The position numbers and the translations under genes were made by a program. The notes beneath the pieces are model-generated. The model saw only the letters and a list, made by a program, of their open reading frames with translations. It searched no databases and was not told where the DNA came from. 64,000 nucleotides of DNA from Planctomycetota bacterium (GTDB lineage Bacteria; Planctomycetota; UBA1135; UBA2386), in contig OZ245006.1 of assembly GCA_965223545.1 (NCBI GenBank), positions 7,040,001 to 7,104,000 on the forward strand, given 5' to 3'. Below, piece by piece: positions 27,382 through 36,989 of this stretch; positions within the stretch are counted from its first letter, which is position 1, and each line of letters starts with the position of its first letter.

Positions 27382-28347
27382 CCCAGCCAGCTACGGACGG
27401 TCACCGTCGTGGCCGGCGCCGGTGCCGACACCCGGTGGCCGAAGTTTCTGTTCATGCGCCGGTTCGGCGCGGCGCGAAGAACGTGCGTGCCGGAACAGTT
27501 ACTGCGAGCCGGCCTCGAGAGCGACTCTGGCGCCCGGGAAGTCGCTCAGCGCCTTCGAGAGCGCTGTCGGCGTCGTCGGGAAACTGCCCCGCGCAACGAC
27601 CGTCCGCGACGCGTCCAGTGCGCAGTAGTGGATGTTCCGATCGCCAATGTCGAGACCGATGGTCACGGGGGAGGTCTGAGCGGTAACTTTGGTCATGGGT
27701 CGATCTGCTCCTTTGATTTTGCAGCGCCATTGTGTGGCGACTGCGTCGGAGGGATCGACCCTCTCATCCCATCTCGAAAGCAACACTGGCGTCTGCGCTC
27801 AGCGCGGCCGCCGGCGACCGCGGGACCCGCGACCGACGCTCGGGTCGCGGAATGCTTCGTGTTTGGTTGCGGCCTCGGCCGCGCTGAGCCTCCGGCGCCT
27901 CGAATCTTCGAGCTTCGACAACATTTTCGAGGCGACGCCGCTGACATGGCAACGTCGCCGCCGCGCCGGAGGCTCGGAGAGACAGTGCCTCCTGGCTCAG
28001 CGCGGCGGCGGATGTGTCCGGCCTTCCAATCCGCTCCGGCAAGAGCGGCATCCGAGTTTGGTTGCGGCCGTGGCCGCGCTGAGCCTCGGGGTCCGCAAAT
28101 CTTCGCGCGGCGACAACCTTTCGGAAGGCTCGATGCCGCTGGAACTTCGACAACGCAGCTCCCGGAGGCTCGAAGACAACACTGGCCTCCGGGCTCAGCG
28201 CGGCCGCCGGCGCCGGCGACCGCGGGACCCGCGACCGACGCTCGGGTCGCGGAATGCTCGGTGTTTGGTTGCGGCCTCGGCCGCGCTGAGCCTCGGGGTC
28301 AGCTGCCTGAGCTGCCGCGCTGAAGTGCGCGGGCGTCGCCATCCAAG

Positions 28348-30315
28348 CTAATGCGGTGAGACCTCAACAGAATCGAGTCGCCAGAGCCGACGCGCGGCAA
28401 CATTCGCGGTCGTCCACAAGCTGACCAACAACCGTGGATCATCTGGAAGGTCCTTTGGCAGTCGAGCCTCGATAGAGAACTCCCCGGTTGAAGGCAGCCG
28501 ACATGCCGAGATCTCCCGATCGCCAACCGAGAATCGGTTGATCCGCACGCTCACGTGCGCCCCCGGCAACCCCTGCGCCATGCCCCGAATCCGCAAGACG
28601 TCACTCGACACTGGCCGCCGCAGTATGACTCGCGCAAAAGCATCCTCGACCCAAAACCCGCGGTCGTCATCTTCGATACCCCACATCAGCTCCGGTCGTG
28701 GCGGTGCGCTGTTGCGGTCGAGTGCCGAGCGCAAATGGACACGCCCTTTCCGCCGCGCGAAGGTCAATGTCCAACGCGACGGGCGGCGATCAGGAAGATC
28801 GAACTCGTAGTCGTAGTTCGCTCGAAAGAACTTCGACGCAAAGTACGGCTCGAGACACCAGCGGGTATCCGAAGACATCTCTATGCCACCATCGGCACCT
28901 CGCCAATAACCGTGAGTAACAATGACATCGGGCAAGCGCGATAATACAAAATCGCGCGAGGCACGGAGCGCATCATGCAGCGGGTAGTACTTGTGTGTTC
29001 GAGCCACTTCGCGCTGACACAAGCCCATGATATCCAACACTGGGGCATCGACATGATACGCGACGTAGCCAAGTTCGCTGCAAGCATAGAGAGAGTCTCC
29101 CGATCCCAAGTCCTGGCGGAGACGATCGACTGCTTCGATGTACGCCAGGCTTGTCCCATCATCTCCGGGGCGGTGCTCTGCACCGTAGTCGATGTCGTAA
29201 ACTCCGATAGCAATAACCACCATCGGCAACCCGGCCAAGAGACGAACTTTGAACGTAGGTCCGTAGCGGTCAACCAACTCCTTGCCGATCCATGCGGCAC
29301 TGGCTACGACGAACGCGTGCGCCGGCGTCAGATAGCGAAATTGATCGGACGCATCCCCACCGGAGTACCATGCGACGAAGACGTGCAGGCTGCCAAAAGA
29401 ACAAATAACAAGCGGCGTCACGATATCGCGCACCTGGTCGGATGCGGGAGCCAGCAGTCTGCGTACTGCGATGCCTAGCAGCACCAGAATGCTGCCAAGA
29501 GAAACGGCCGTGGCGAGCCACCCTATCAAATTTGCGTATTCCGCCAAGTAGCCCCATCCGTCACGCCAAACACGTAGTGCACCCTTGACGAGATATGGGT
29601 TCGGTCGCACATCACCGAAGTAGACCTCCTTCCAGATCAGCAACGCCAAAACCAGGCCGGCAAAGAGCATCCCGCCAGGCAAAGCAAGCCACAACCATTT
29701 CCTGATATGGCTGTTGCGGCAGCAGTGCACTACGCCCCCAATGGCAAATGCCATTCCTACAGCCAGAACCCCCTCAGGGCGAGTGTTGAGCAAGAGGAAT
29801 CCGGTGACGCCGACGATTGCCCAGCATCGAGCCCGCTCTTTGACCGCCGCAACTGCTGTTGCCCGGGCCAACAGGACTACCAAGAGCACATAGAGCGGGG
29901 TTTCCAATCCACTCGTTACCCATACGCTCGACGCAGTTGACGCTCCGAGTCCTAGCACTACCCACACGAGGGAGTCCAAACCTTGCCCTCGAGAAAGCCA
30001 CCGACCGTTGGTCAGCGCGGCAATGGCAAGGATACTAGAGAGATGCGCAACAATTCCGATGCAATGCGCAACCACGACCGGTGACAGTCCCAGCCAGTAG
30101 CCCGGAACCAATAGCAAGACCCACAAGAGGTCAGAGTAACCTTCATCCGGAGGTCCTCCTGGATATGACACCAGCCCATGGCCTTCAGCCACGTTGCGGG
30201 CGTAACGAAAACAGATCCAGGAATCCTCGTACGTCCGCCCCCAAACTCGGGCCAAGTTGGCAAGCAGCGGCGTCGATGCTAGGGCAACTACGGCCAAGCG
30301 CAACGCGAGTGGCAT
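28348..30315 (-). CDS. Polytopic membrane protein, GT-C (arabinofuranosyl/mannosyl-transferase-like)
   Basis: EDSWICFRYARNVAEGHGL..EGYS.LLW, SGLETPLY, TRPEG, PNPYLVK, GGD...FRYL, LDIMGL; lower-GC codon usage. Confidence 0.75.
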   Translation of the reverse strand: MPLALRLAVVALASTPLLANLARVWGRTYEDSWICFRYARNVAEGHGLVSYPGGPPDEGYSDLLWVLLLVPGYWLGLSPVVVAHCIGIVAHLSSILAIAALTNGRWLSRGQGLDSLVWVVLGLGASTASSVWVTSGLETPLYVLLVVLLARATAVAAVKERARCWAIVGVTGFLLLNTRPEGVLAVGMAFAIGGVVHCCRNSHIRKWLWLALPGGMLFAGLVLALLIWKEVYFGDVRPNPYLVKGALRVWRDGWGYLAEYANLIGWLATAVSLGSILVLLGIAVRRLLAPASDQVRDIVTPLVICSFGSLHVFVAWYSGGDASDQFRYLTPAHAFVVASAAWIGKELVDRYGPTFKVRLLAGLPMVVIAIGVYDIDYGAEHRPGDDGTSLAYIEAVDRLRQDLGSGDSLYACSELGYVAYHVDAPVLDIMGLCQREVARTHKYYPLHDALRASRDFVLSRLPDVIVTHGYWRGADGGIEMSSDTRWCLEPYFASKFFRANYDYEFDLPDRRPSRWTLTFARRKGRVHLRSALDRNSAPPRPELMWGIEDDDRGFWVEDAFARVILRRPVSSDVLRIRGMAQGLPGAHVSVRINRFSVGDREISACRLPSTGEFSIEARLPKDLPDDPRLLVSLWTTANVAARRLWRLDSVEVSPH

Positions 30316-30517
30316 GACTATGGCGCTAACGTGTCAGGTTGGCCGGGAGGTGGGAGCGGACGGCGCGAGGCATGGCAAGTTCGGGGCCCGTCATAGTCAT
30401 CGCACCCGATCCATCGCCGGGTCCAGGAGTCGGCATGGATGGCACCTGGGATCAGCACCGGCCTCGTTACTCCAACAAGCCCGGCAAACGCCTGCTCTAC
30501 GCCAAGCGGACTAGCAG

Positions 30518-31655
30518 CTACTGCTGCCATGTCGACACCGTGTCAACATCAAGCACCTGGCTCGGCCCACTCGACGTGCCCCGAATTCGCAAGACCACAT
30601 TAGCGGTGCTCGGGGACAGAGATACTCTCCAGCTGCCGACCGTGCCCAAGTAGCTCTGCCAAGTGCTTGCGCTCGGTGACAAGATCGATGGGCCTACAGT
30701 CAGTGTTCCTTCGCCACTCTGAGGGAGCTGGAACACCTCTAGGCGAACGTTTGCCATGTCAGATCTGACATAGAAGTTCACATAGAGGTCTTTGGCTGGG
30801 CTTACGGCGAATGCGCTAGACTTGACTCCCATATCTCCGGCGACTACCGAGGTCATGCGCGCAAACCATGAGTTCGAAGCCGGGGCCGCGCTTGAAGCAG
30901 TGAGCACGCCATCTGCGCCGCCGATACCGAACGGAGCCCAAGCAACGGGGATTCCTGACGACACGGTTTCCATATCTCCATTTGCCGCAATGCCATTAGC
31001 AACTGAAAGGCCTCCCAACGCATGCTTGGGGTCGCCCGGCTCTCCGACAACCCCCTCCCGACTCTGCCAGTTCGGAGCGAAATCCGAGTGGAACCAAATC
31101 GCGGTAAAGGGAACCGCGCGCGTCTGCGCTTCAGCCAACGTTCCCAGGATCCATGATTGCTGCGAAGCCTCCTCGGTCGGTGAGGTATTGGGGCAGGAAT
31201 TATTGGGGATGGTTGTACACGTCCCCGCAGCCCCGGTCCCCCGGCCATACTCGCCCAAGACAATTGTCGAATTGGGGAAGGATGCCTGCATACCCTGGAT
31301 CGCGGTGGCCATATTGGGGTTGATCCCAACCTCTCCGTTATTCATATGGAAGTCGGCGTAATCAAGCCTGCGGCCCTGCAGTTCCTGGGCGAGGTCAGGT
31401 GCATCCGGGCCAACCGCCAGAATCGAATTCCCTCTCTTGCCACGCGGAACTCCAGCGCCGTCGTAAACCGCGCGAATATAATCGCCAGCGATCGGGCCAC
31501 TTGCCCCAGCGAAGGCGTCGAAGTCCACGCTATACTCTGATTGGTAGTCGTAGTAAAGGACGCCATTTTGGGCAGGCGCGGCCTCCATTGCCTGCACAAT
31601 ACCACTTACCCAGGCAACTAAATCCGAAAGAAACGCGGCTTTTCCTGAGAAGGCA
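30518..31655 (-). pseudogene. 5'-truncated clan GH-A-like glycoside hydrolase with CBM-like C-domain
   Basis: YYDYQSE, DYADFH, IVLGEYG, AIW; NGDME...P.AW CBM-like start; N-terminus replaced by transposase sequence. Confidence 0.55.
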
Positions 31656-31659
31656 GGAG

Positions 31660-32050
31660 TCGACGTCGCTGTCCGGCATGCACCCGCAACGGAGCGTGTG
31701 CAGGCCCGCACCCTCGGCGTCGTGCAGGGTGATGGTTGCGCAGTGGCCCATCCGGAAGTTGCGCTCCACGGGACGCTTCGGCGCGTTCTTGCGCGGTCGG
31801 CCCACTCGACGCTTCTTGGGCTCCTCCATCGGCACGGACACGCGATCCACTGCCACGCTCATCGCGGCGGCCTGCTCCGGGGTGTCGGACACTGCGCAAA
31901 GCTGGTCCTCGATGTCCGTGTGTTCGCGCAGCCAGTGCTCGCCGACAAGGTGCGCGACGCACTCGAAGCTCGCTCGAGAGTACGGGAAACGACATCCTTG
32001 TCTCGCCGCAGCCTCTGCCTCGCGCGAAGGCCTTGCTGGAGGTCGTTCGC
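31660..32050 (-). pseudogene. ISKra4-like transposase fragment
   Basis: YSRASFECVAH...SVAVDRVSVPMEEP...RPVERNFRMGHCATITLHDAEG; no start or ends found. Confidence 0.65.
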
Positions 32051-32190
32051 CATGCACTGAGCGGTCAACGGAAGCCAGCCTCGGCCGTAGGCTCCCGTCC
32101 GTCTCTGGATCGGGTCGAGGAGTGGCTCGTTGCGCACTCGACTTCGCTGTCCTCACGCTGAGCGTCGCAGCGCCAAGAGCAGTACGGACA

Positions 32191-33402
32191 TCAGAAACTG
32201 GCGTTGAAGTCGACGCGCAACCGCCACAACGCGGTGTCCCCTTGTGGCGCCTCGGCGTCGTGCTGCTGGCTGGCGAGTGCCCAGACGTGCAGGTTCGCGT
32301 TGTCGAGGATTCGATAGACCACTCCGGCGATGTGGCTGCGGTGGTTCGTGGCCAGCGGAAGGTCGTCCTGCGCGAACGGGGAGAACACGGCGTCGCGCTC
32401 GATGACCTGCCATTGGTAGTAGGCGCGCACGCCTCCGGGCTGGTTGGTCGACCCGAGGCCGATGCCGGCTGCCCAGCCGATGTCACCAACGCCGCGCGCG
32501 CGTGCGTTGTAGATGACCTCGGCACCGAGCTGCCACGGCAGGCCGTTGCCGTCCCCGGTGAGGCCGACCACCCCGTGCCACAGGCCGAAGTCGGACTGAA
32601 ACGCGTCTGGGGTGCCGTCGCCGTCGAGGTCGGCGGTTGCGTTGCCCGTGTTGTGGCGCAGCGCCGCGCGCGATGTCCCCGGCGTCGGGTTGCCGTAGTG
32701 GTAGTAGGCCGCGGCGGCTTCGGCGCGCACCGGCGCGGTCGCAGCCGTCGCGGCGGCGAGCTGCGCGAAGCCCATGGCCACGTCGGCGCCGGCGCCGCGT
32801 TCGGACAGCCGGTAGCCGCCGGCGACGAGCCGCACCCCTTCGTCGCCGGCGACCGGTAGGTGCAGCGCGCCGGCGATGCCCTCGGGCTGCACGTCGGCGT
32901 CCCAGACGAGCTCGCCGTAGATCGGGTTGCGGGCCGCGGGGTGTGCGAACTTGCCGGCCGCGATCCAGCTGTCCGCCCAGCCCGGCCGGTAGCGGACGAA
33001 CGCGCGGTCGAGGCTGATCTCGAATGACTCGAAGAGCTCGCCGAACGTCACGTGGGGTGAGTTGGGATCCTCGGGGTCACCGGTCGTCAGGCGGGCACCG
33101 AGGTCGAGCTGTTCGTGCAATGCACAGCCAATCTCGATACGCAGCCGCAGCCGCTCGCGAAAGCGATCGGGTTGGCCGTGTGCGCCCCAGTTGCTCTCGT
33201 GCCGCAGGCGGACGTCTCCTCCGATCGTCCAGTCCGGCCCGGCGGGCTGCGCGCCGCGCGCGTCTCGCTCGGCCAGGGCGCGTTCGACGGCGCGGGCCAG
33301 CTGCTCGTCGGTCCATGGCGGGTCCTGGCCCGCAAGCGGGCCGCTCAGGGCGCCGGCGACCGCGGTCGCACCGGCGAGGAGGCGGAGGATGCGGGGGCGC
33401 AT
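32191..33402 (-). CDS. Putative outer-membrane porin
   Basis: Signal peptide, GDVRLRHE, R.R.RLR, RLTTG, SLDRAF, LVWDADVQPEG, terminal RVDFNASF. Confidence 0.82.
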   Translation of the reverse strand: MRPRILRLLAGATAVAGALSGPLAGQDPPWTDEQLARAVERALAERDARGAQPAGPDWTIGGDVRLRHESNWGAHGQPDRFRERLRLRIEIGCALHEQLDLGARLTTGDPEDPNSPHVTFGELFESFEISLDRAFVRYRPGWADSWIAAGKFAHPAARNPIYGELVWDADVQPEGIAGALHLPVAGDEGVRLVAGGYRLSERGAGADVAMGFAQLAAATAATAPVRAEAAAAYYHYGNPTPGTSRAALRHNTGNATADLDGDGTPDAFQSDFGLWHGVVGLTGDGNGLPWQLGAEVIYNARARGVGDIGWAAGIGLGSTNQPGGVRAYYQWQVIERDAVFSPFAQDDLPLATNHRSHIAGVVYRILDNANLHVWALASQQHDAEAPQGDTALWRLRVDFNASF

Positions 33403-33475
33403 GGGTGGATTGTGGGCGGCCCCCGGCGACCGACAAGTGGTGCGATGCGATCGTCGCTAACGGTGCCGCGGCGCC

Positions 33476-33499
33476 GAACGTCCAACCCCCCGTGTCGTT
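33476..33499 (+). promoter_or_regulatory. Possible ECF-type promoter (autoregulatory?)
   Basis: GAAC-N16-CGTT upstream of the ECF sigma gene. Confidence 0.3.
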
Positions 33500-33557
33500 G
33501 GGCCGAAGTCTGGCGGTTGCGCCGCCGCGGCCGCCGGTGACGATGGGGCCGCCGGCG

Positions 33558-34172
33558 ATGGCCATCATGTCTTCCTCTCGCCGAACCGAGGGCGGCGCTG
33601 CCGGTGCCGGCGCGCGCCCCCCGCATTCCGACCCGGTGGAGGCGGACCGCGCCCTGCTGCAGGCCGCGGTGGCCGGCGATCGCGGCGCCTGGGCGGCGTT
33701 GTTCGAGCGCTATGCGGCGGTCGTGCACGGCATCGTGCTCTGCCACGCGGGGCCGGCGGAAGCCGAGGACACAACGCAGGACGTATTCGTCACCGCGTAT
33801 CGGCGGCGTGCATCGGTGCGCGACCCAAAGACGCTGCCGGCCTGGCTGTGCGCGATCGCGCGGCACCGCGCGATCGACAGCCGGCGGCGCCGCCGCCGCC
33901 GGCCCGCGCCGGTCTCCGCCGACGAGCTGGCGGCGGCGACGGCGTCGCCGCCGGCGCAGAGCGAAGCCCGGGAGCTCGCCGCGCGGGTGCTCGAGCTCGT
34001 CCGTGGCCTCCCTGAGGCCTACCGGGAAACGTTGGTGTTGCGGTTGGTCGAGGGCCTGGACGGACCGGCGATCGCGCGCTGCACCGGCCTGACGCCGGGG
34101 TCGGTGCGGGTCAACCTGTGCCGGGGAATGGCCTTGCTGCGTCCGCTGCTGCGGGCGGAGGGTTGGTCGTGA
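33558..34172 (+). CDS. ECF sigma-70 factor (start uncertain)
   Basis: AEDTTQDVF, AWL..IARHRAID..RR, LPEAYRETLVL, IA...G.TPGSVRVNL.RG. Confidence 0.92.
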   Translation: MAIMSSSRRTEGGAAGAGARPPHSDPVEADRALLQAAVAGDRGAWAALFERYAAVVHGIVLCHAGPAEAEDTTQDVFVTAYRRRASVRDPKTLPAWLCAIARHRAIDSRRRRRRRPAPVSADELAAATASPPAQSEARELAARVLELVRGLPEAYRETLVLRLVEGLDGPAIARCTGLTPGSVRVNLCRGMALLRPLLRAEGWS

Positions 34173-35146
34173 GCCGCGAGCGCGAACCGCGGCCGCCGGC
34201 CGATGACGGCTACCTGTGGCAGGGAAGCGAACCGGTCGATGCCGATGTCGAGACCTTCGAGCGGCTGCTCGCACCGCTGCGACACGCGGCCGGGGCGCGG
34301 CCGCCGGAGCTGGCTCGCGCGCGCGGGCCTGTCGGCGGCACCGGGGCCCGCTGGGCGCTGGCGGCGGTGCTGTGCATCTCGCTCGCCAGCGCGGCTGCGG
34401 GCTGGCTTTGGCTCACGAGTGGGCGCATCGCGGTGACAGTCGACGGCGAGCGGGTCGCGTGGCGGGTCGGTGAGCGGTGGGTGGCGGACGGTACCCGCAC
34501 CGTCGCGCTGGGCGGCGTCGGCCGCTTCGAGGTCGAGGCCGGGACGGAGCTGCGGCTCGAGCAGTGCGACCGCGCTCGCAGCAGCTTCTTCCTGGAGCGC
34601 GGAGCACTGACCGCATTCGTGTTCCCCTCGGTCGAGGCGCGCTACTTCCAGGTCGGCACGCCGGCCGTGCGCTGTGTCGATCTCGGCTGCCGCTACCGGC
34701 TCGAGGTCGACGACGAGGGTGCGGCCCGCGTGCACGTGACCCTCGGTGAGGTGGCCTTCGAGGAGGCGCGCCGCGCGGTGCGGGTTCCCCGCGGCAACGT
34801 CTGCCGGGCCTCGGTCGGCGACGGGGTGTGCACGCCGCGCGCCGCCGTCGATGCCGGGACGCGGTTCGCCGCGCTGGTCGACACCTACGACCGCGCCCTG
34901 GCGGCCGGTGGGGCGCGGGCGGGCGCGGCCGCGGCGCTGCTGTCGGCAGCGACCGAGGCCCGACACTCGCTGGTCGTCTGGCACCTGCTGCAGGATTCCG
35001 ATGCCGCGGTGCAAGCCGCGGGGTGGCGTTGGCTGGTCGCCCGCTACGGCATCGCGCCGGGCCAGCGACGCGAACCCCCGGCGTCAACGAGCCTTGCGCA
35101 GCGGGAGGCCTGGCGGCTGCGCATCCAGGGCGACTGGTATCTCTGA
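34169..35146 (+). CDS. Anti-sigma factor, FecR-like
   Basis: GTGA coupling to sigma; single TM; LERGAL, FQVGTP, DLGC.Y, VTLGEVAF. Confidence 0.75.
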   Translation: MSREREPRPPADDGYLWQGSEPVDADVETFERLLAPLRHAAGARPPELARARGPVGGTGARWALAAVLCISLASAAAGWLWLTSGRIAVTVDGERVAWRVGERWVADGTRTVALGGVGRFEVEAGTELRLEQCDRARSSFFLERGALTAFVFPSVEARYFQVGTPAVRCVDLGCRYRLEVDDEGAARVHVTLGEVAFEEARRAVRVPRGNVCRASVGDGVCTPRAAVDAGTRFAALVDTYDRALAAGGARAGAAAALLSAATEARHSLVVWHLLQDSDAAVQAAGWRWLVARYGIAPGQRREPPASTSLAQREAWRLRIQGDWYL

Positions 35147-35340
35147 TCGGCGGCGCGGCGTCGGTGGGCGGGCGCGCGCGGCGCCATCCGGGGCACCGAT
35201 TTTCGTGGTCTCCGGCGTCCACTGGGGCCATGTTGCCGATAACAGTGGTGGCCTCTGCGTTGCCTAGGCCCCGAGTCCGAGGCCGACCGCCGCCGTTACT
35301 GCCCGCAACACCGCCCCCGGGCTCCAATCCGTCCGTGTCC

Positions 35341-36096
35341 ATGTTCCGTTCCCGCAAGTCCGCGCCGCAAGAGCCCGAAGAGGGCGACGAGATGCTGGTG
35401 CTCGTCGACAAGGCGGTGCACCCGTTCATGGTGCTGCTGCACGACCCCGCCGGGTTCCGCGCCGAGCAGGTGCGTGGGTTGCGCAACAAGCTGATCGCCA
35501 TGAACCCCGACGGTGCGCCGAAGACGCTGGTCGTCACCTCGGCGATTCGCGGCGAGGGCAAGAGCGTCACGGCGATCAATCTGGCGATGGCGTTCGCCGA
35601 GATGGAGCGCATGCCGGTGCTGCTCGTCGATGGGGACCTGCGGGCGCCGTCGGTCGAGCGCTACCTCAACCTCAACGAGCAGGCGGGGTTGTCCGACATC
35701 CTCATGGGGCGCGCCGGCCTCGAGCACGTCGTGCGCGAGTCGGTGTACCGCAACCTCGCGGTGATGGGCGCCGGCACCCGGCTCACCGGCCCGTCGGAGC
35801 TGTTGACGGCACCGCGTTTCGAGGAGCTGCTGCTGCGCCTCAAGGAGCGCTACCAGTACGTGATCGTCGACACGCCACCCGTGCTGCCGTCGACCGACGC
35901 CAGCGTCATGGCGGCGCGGGCGGACGGCTGCCTTTTGGTCGTGCGCTTGGAACGTTCGTCGAAGGCGCTGACGCGCGAGGCCATCAAGAACCTGACCGAC
36001 CTAGGCGCCAACATGCTCGGCACGTTCGTCACCGAAGTCCGCGGTGCCGATCCCGAGGCCGATCCGAGGCTCGGCGACAGTCAGGAGGAGTACTGA
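35341..36096 (+). CDS. CpsD/CapB-family (BY-kinase-like) P-loop ATPase without a Tyr cluster
   Basis: AEQVRGLR, VTSAIRGEGKS, LLVDGDLRAP, GLSDIL, PSELL, VIVDTPP; ends ...QEEY. Confidence 0.88.
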   Translation: MFRSRKSAPQEPEEGDEMLVLVDKAVHPFMVLLHDPAGFRAEQVRGLRNKLIAMNPDGAPKTLVVTSAIRGEGKSVTAINLAMAFAEMERMPVLLVDGDLRAPSVERYLNLNEQAGLSDILMGRAGLEHVVRESVYRNLAVMGAGTRLTGPSELLTAPRFEELLLRLKERYQYVIVDTPPVLPSTDASVMAARADGCLLVVRLERSSKALTREAIKNLTDLGANMLGTFVTEVRGADPEADPRLGDSQEEY

Positions 36097-36891
36097 GTGG
36101 CATCGCTCGGTCAGAGCCTGAAGGAGTCGCTGCGCAAGCTTGCGTACAGCACGTCGGTCGACCAGTTGCGCAAGAAGGGCGTCAAGAACGTCAAGGTGGT
36201 TGGTCTCGACCGCATCGTCGGGCTGATCGAGGAGGCCGTGCACCGGAGCCTGCGCAACAAGCTCATGGGGCTCGAGCGCGAGCGCATCGTCGGCGACACC
36301 TCGGAGGAGTTCCTGCGGCTGCTGAAGAGCAACGAGGAGCTCGAGCGCTTGCGCAGCGAAGCGATGCGCGAGAAGCACCGCGCGGAGGAGGAGATCGACG
36401 AGCTGCGCCGGCAGATCGAGCAGGGACACCGCGAGCTCAGCGAGCGCCTCGAAGAGGGTGAGCGCGAGATGCAGGCCCAGTACGAGGGCCAAAACGCGGT
36501 CATCGCCGAGAAGCTCAACGTGGTGTTTCGCGAGCTGGTGCAGACGCCGGGCGGCGATCTCTCCGGCCTGCGCGAGCGCATGTTCGAGGTCGTCCTCAAC
36601 CTGGTCGATGAAGAGCGTCGGGCCACGGCGCACGCGCAGCAGGCGGCCCGCGACGGCGAGATCGACCGTTTGCAGCGGCGCTTGAGCAAGCTCAAGAGCT
36701 CGCTCGAGGAATCCGAAGCGCGGCTGCTGGATGCCAGCAGTACACCGACCGTCGACGCCGGCATCTCCAGCGTCTATCGGACCGTGCAGGGCATCGACCA
36801 GGGCGACTCGCAGTTCGATCGCAAGCGGGAGCTGATGGCCGACATCTTTCGGGCAAACGTTGCCCTGCAGAAGGGCGATGCGGGATCGTGA
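36097..36891 (+). CDS. Soluble coiled-coil protein of unknown function
   Basis: GTG immediately after the upstream stop with AGGAGG RBS; long E/R/L heptads; no signal or TM. Confidence 0.82.
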   Translation: MASLGQSLKESLRKLAYSTSVDQLRKKGVKNVKVVGLDRIVGLIEEAVHRSLRNKLMGLERERIVGDTSEEFLRLLKSNEELERLRSEAMREKHRAEEEIDELRRQIEQGHRELSERLEEGEREMQAQYEGQNAVIAEKLNVVFRELVQTPGGDLSGLRERMFEVVLNLVDEERRATAHAQQAARDGEIDRLQRRLSKLKSSLEESEARLLDASSTPTVDAGISSVYRTVQGIDQGDSQFDRKRELMADIFRANVALQKGDAGS

Positions 36892-36989
36892 CGCGGAGCG
36901 TCTTTGGCCCGCGCATCGCGGCACGCGTGCCGCCGGCCCAGCGAACCAAACGACTGAACCACTACGCAACCGATTCGAGGAACTGAAGC

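Larger units (their letters stand above)
25012..27502 (+). mobile_element. IS66-family element, 2491 bp, apparently intact
   Basis: 15-bp TIRs GTAACTGTTCCGGCA (25012-25026 / 27488-27502); 8-bp TSD TGCGAGCC (25004-25011 / 27503-27510); tnpA-tnpB-tnpC layout. Confidence 0.96.
24121..27696 (-). pseudogene. IS110-family DEDD recombinase split by IS66 (N-part 27696-27503, C-part 25011-24121)
   Basis: IGLDIG, ALEAGSQ|SAWM rejoins in frame, KTDRRDA, VNGVGPVTA, GLCPKSFASG, ISKAGDGYLR, AVARKL; AAGGAG RBS. Confidence 0.92.
23615..27774 (-). mobile_element. IS110-family, IS1111-group element, interrupted by IS66
   Basis: CT/AG core at both ends (23615-16, 27773-74); 17-bp sub-terminal IRs 23620-23636 / 27751-27767 (1 mismatch); long 3' non-coding end; flanks rejoin to the empty site CCCGGAGGCTCGAA seen at 28161. 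Confidence 0.9.
23515..28300. repeat. REP/BIME-like array of about 200-bp units; first unit split by the IS1111 insertion
   Basis: TTTGGTTGCGGCC..GGCCGCGCTGAGCC at 27862, 28057 and 28264; inverted GCTCAGCGCGG at 27797, 27995 and 28193; about 23559-23616 joined to 27775-27890 matches about 28113-28290. Confidence 0.82.

Noticed and set aside
23515..28300. CRISPR array
   Set aside because: Units are about 183-207 bp, lack unique spacers, and no cas genes are visible; better explained as REP-like repeats and an IS-end duplication
30316..30517. Integron attC site between the lower-GC genes
   Set aside because: The CTAAC…GTT spacing is too short, no paired L boxes are visible, and there is no integrase
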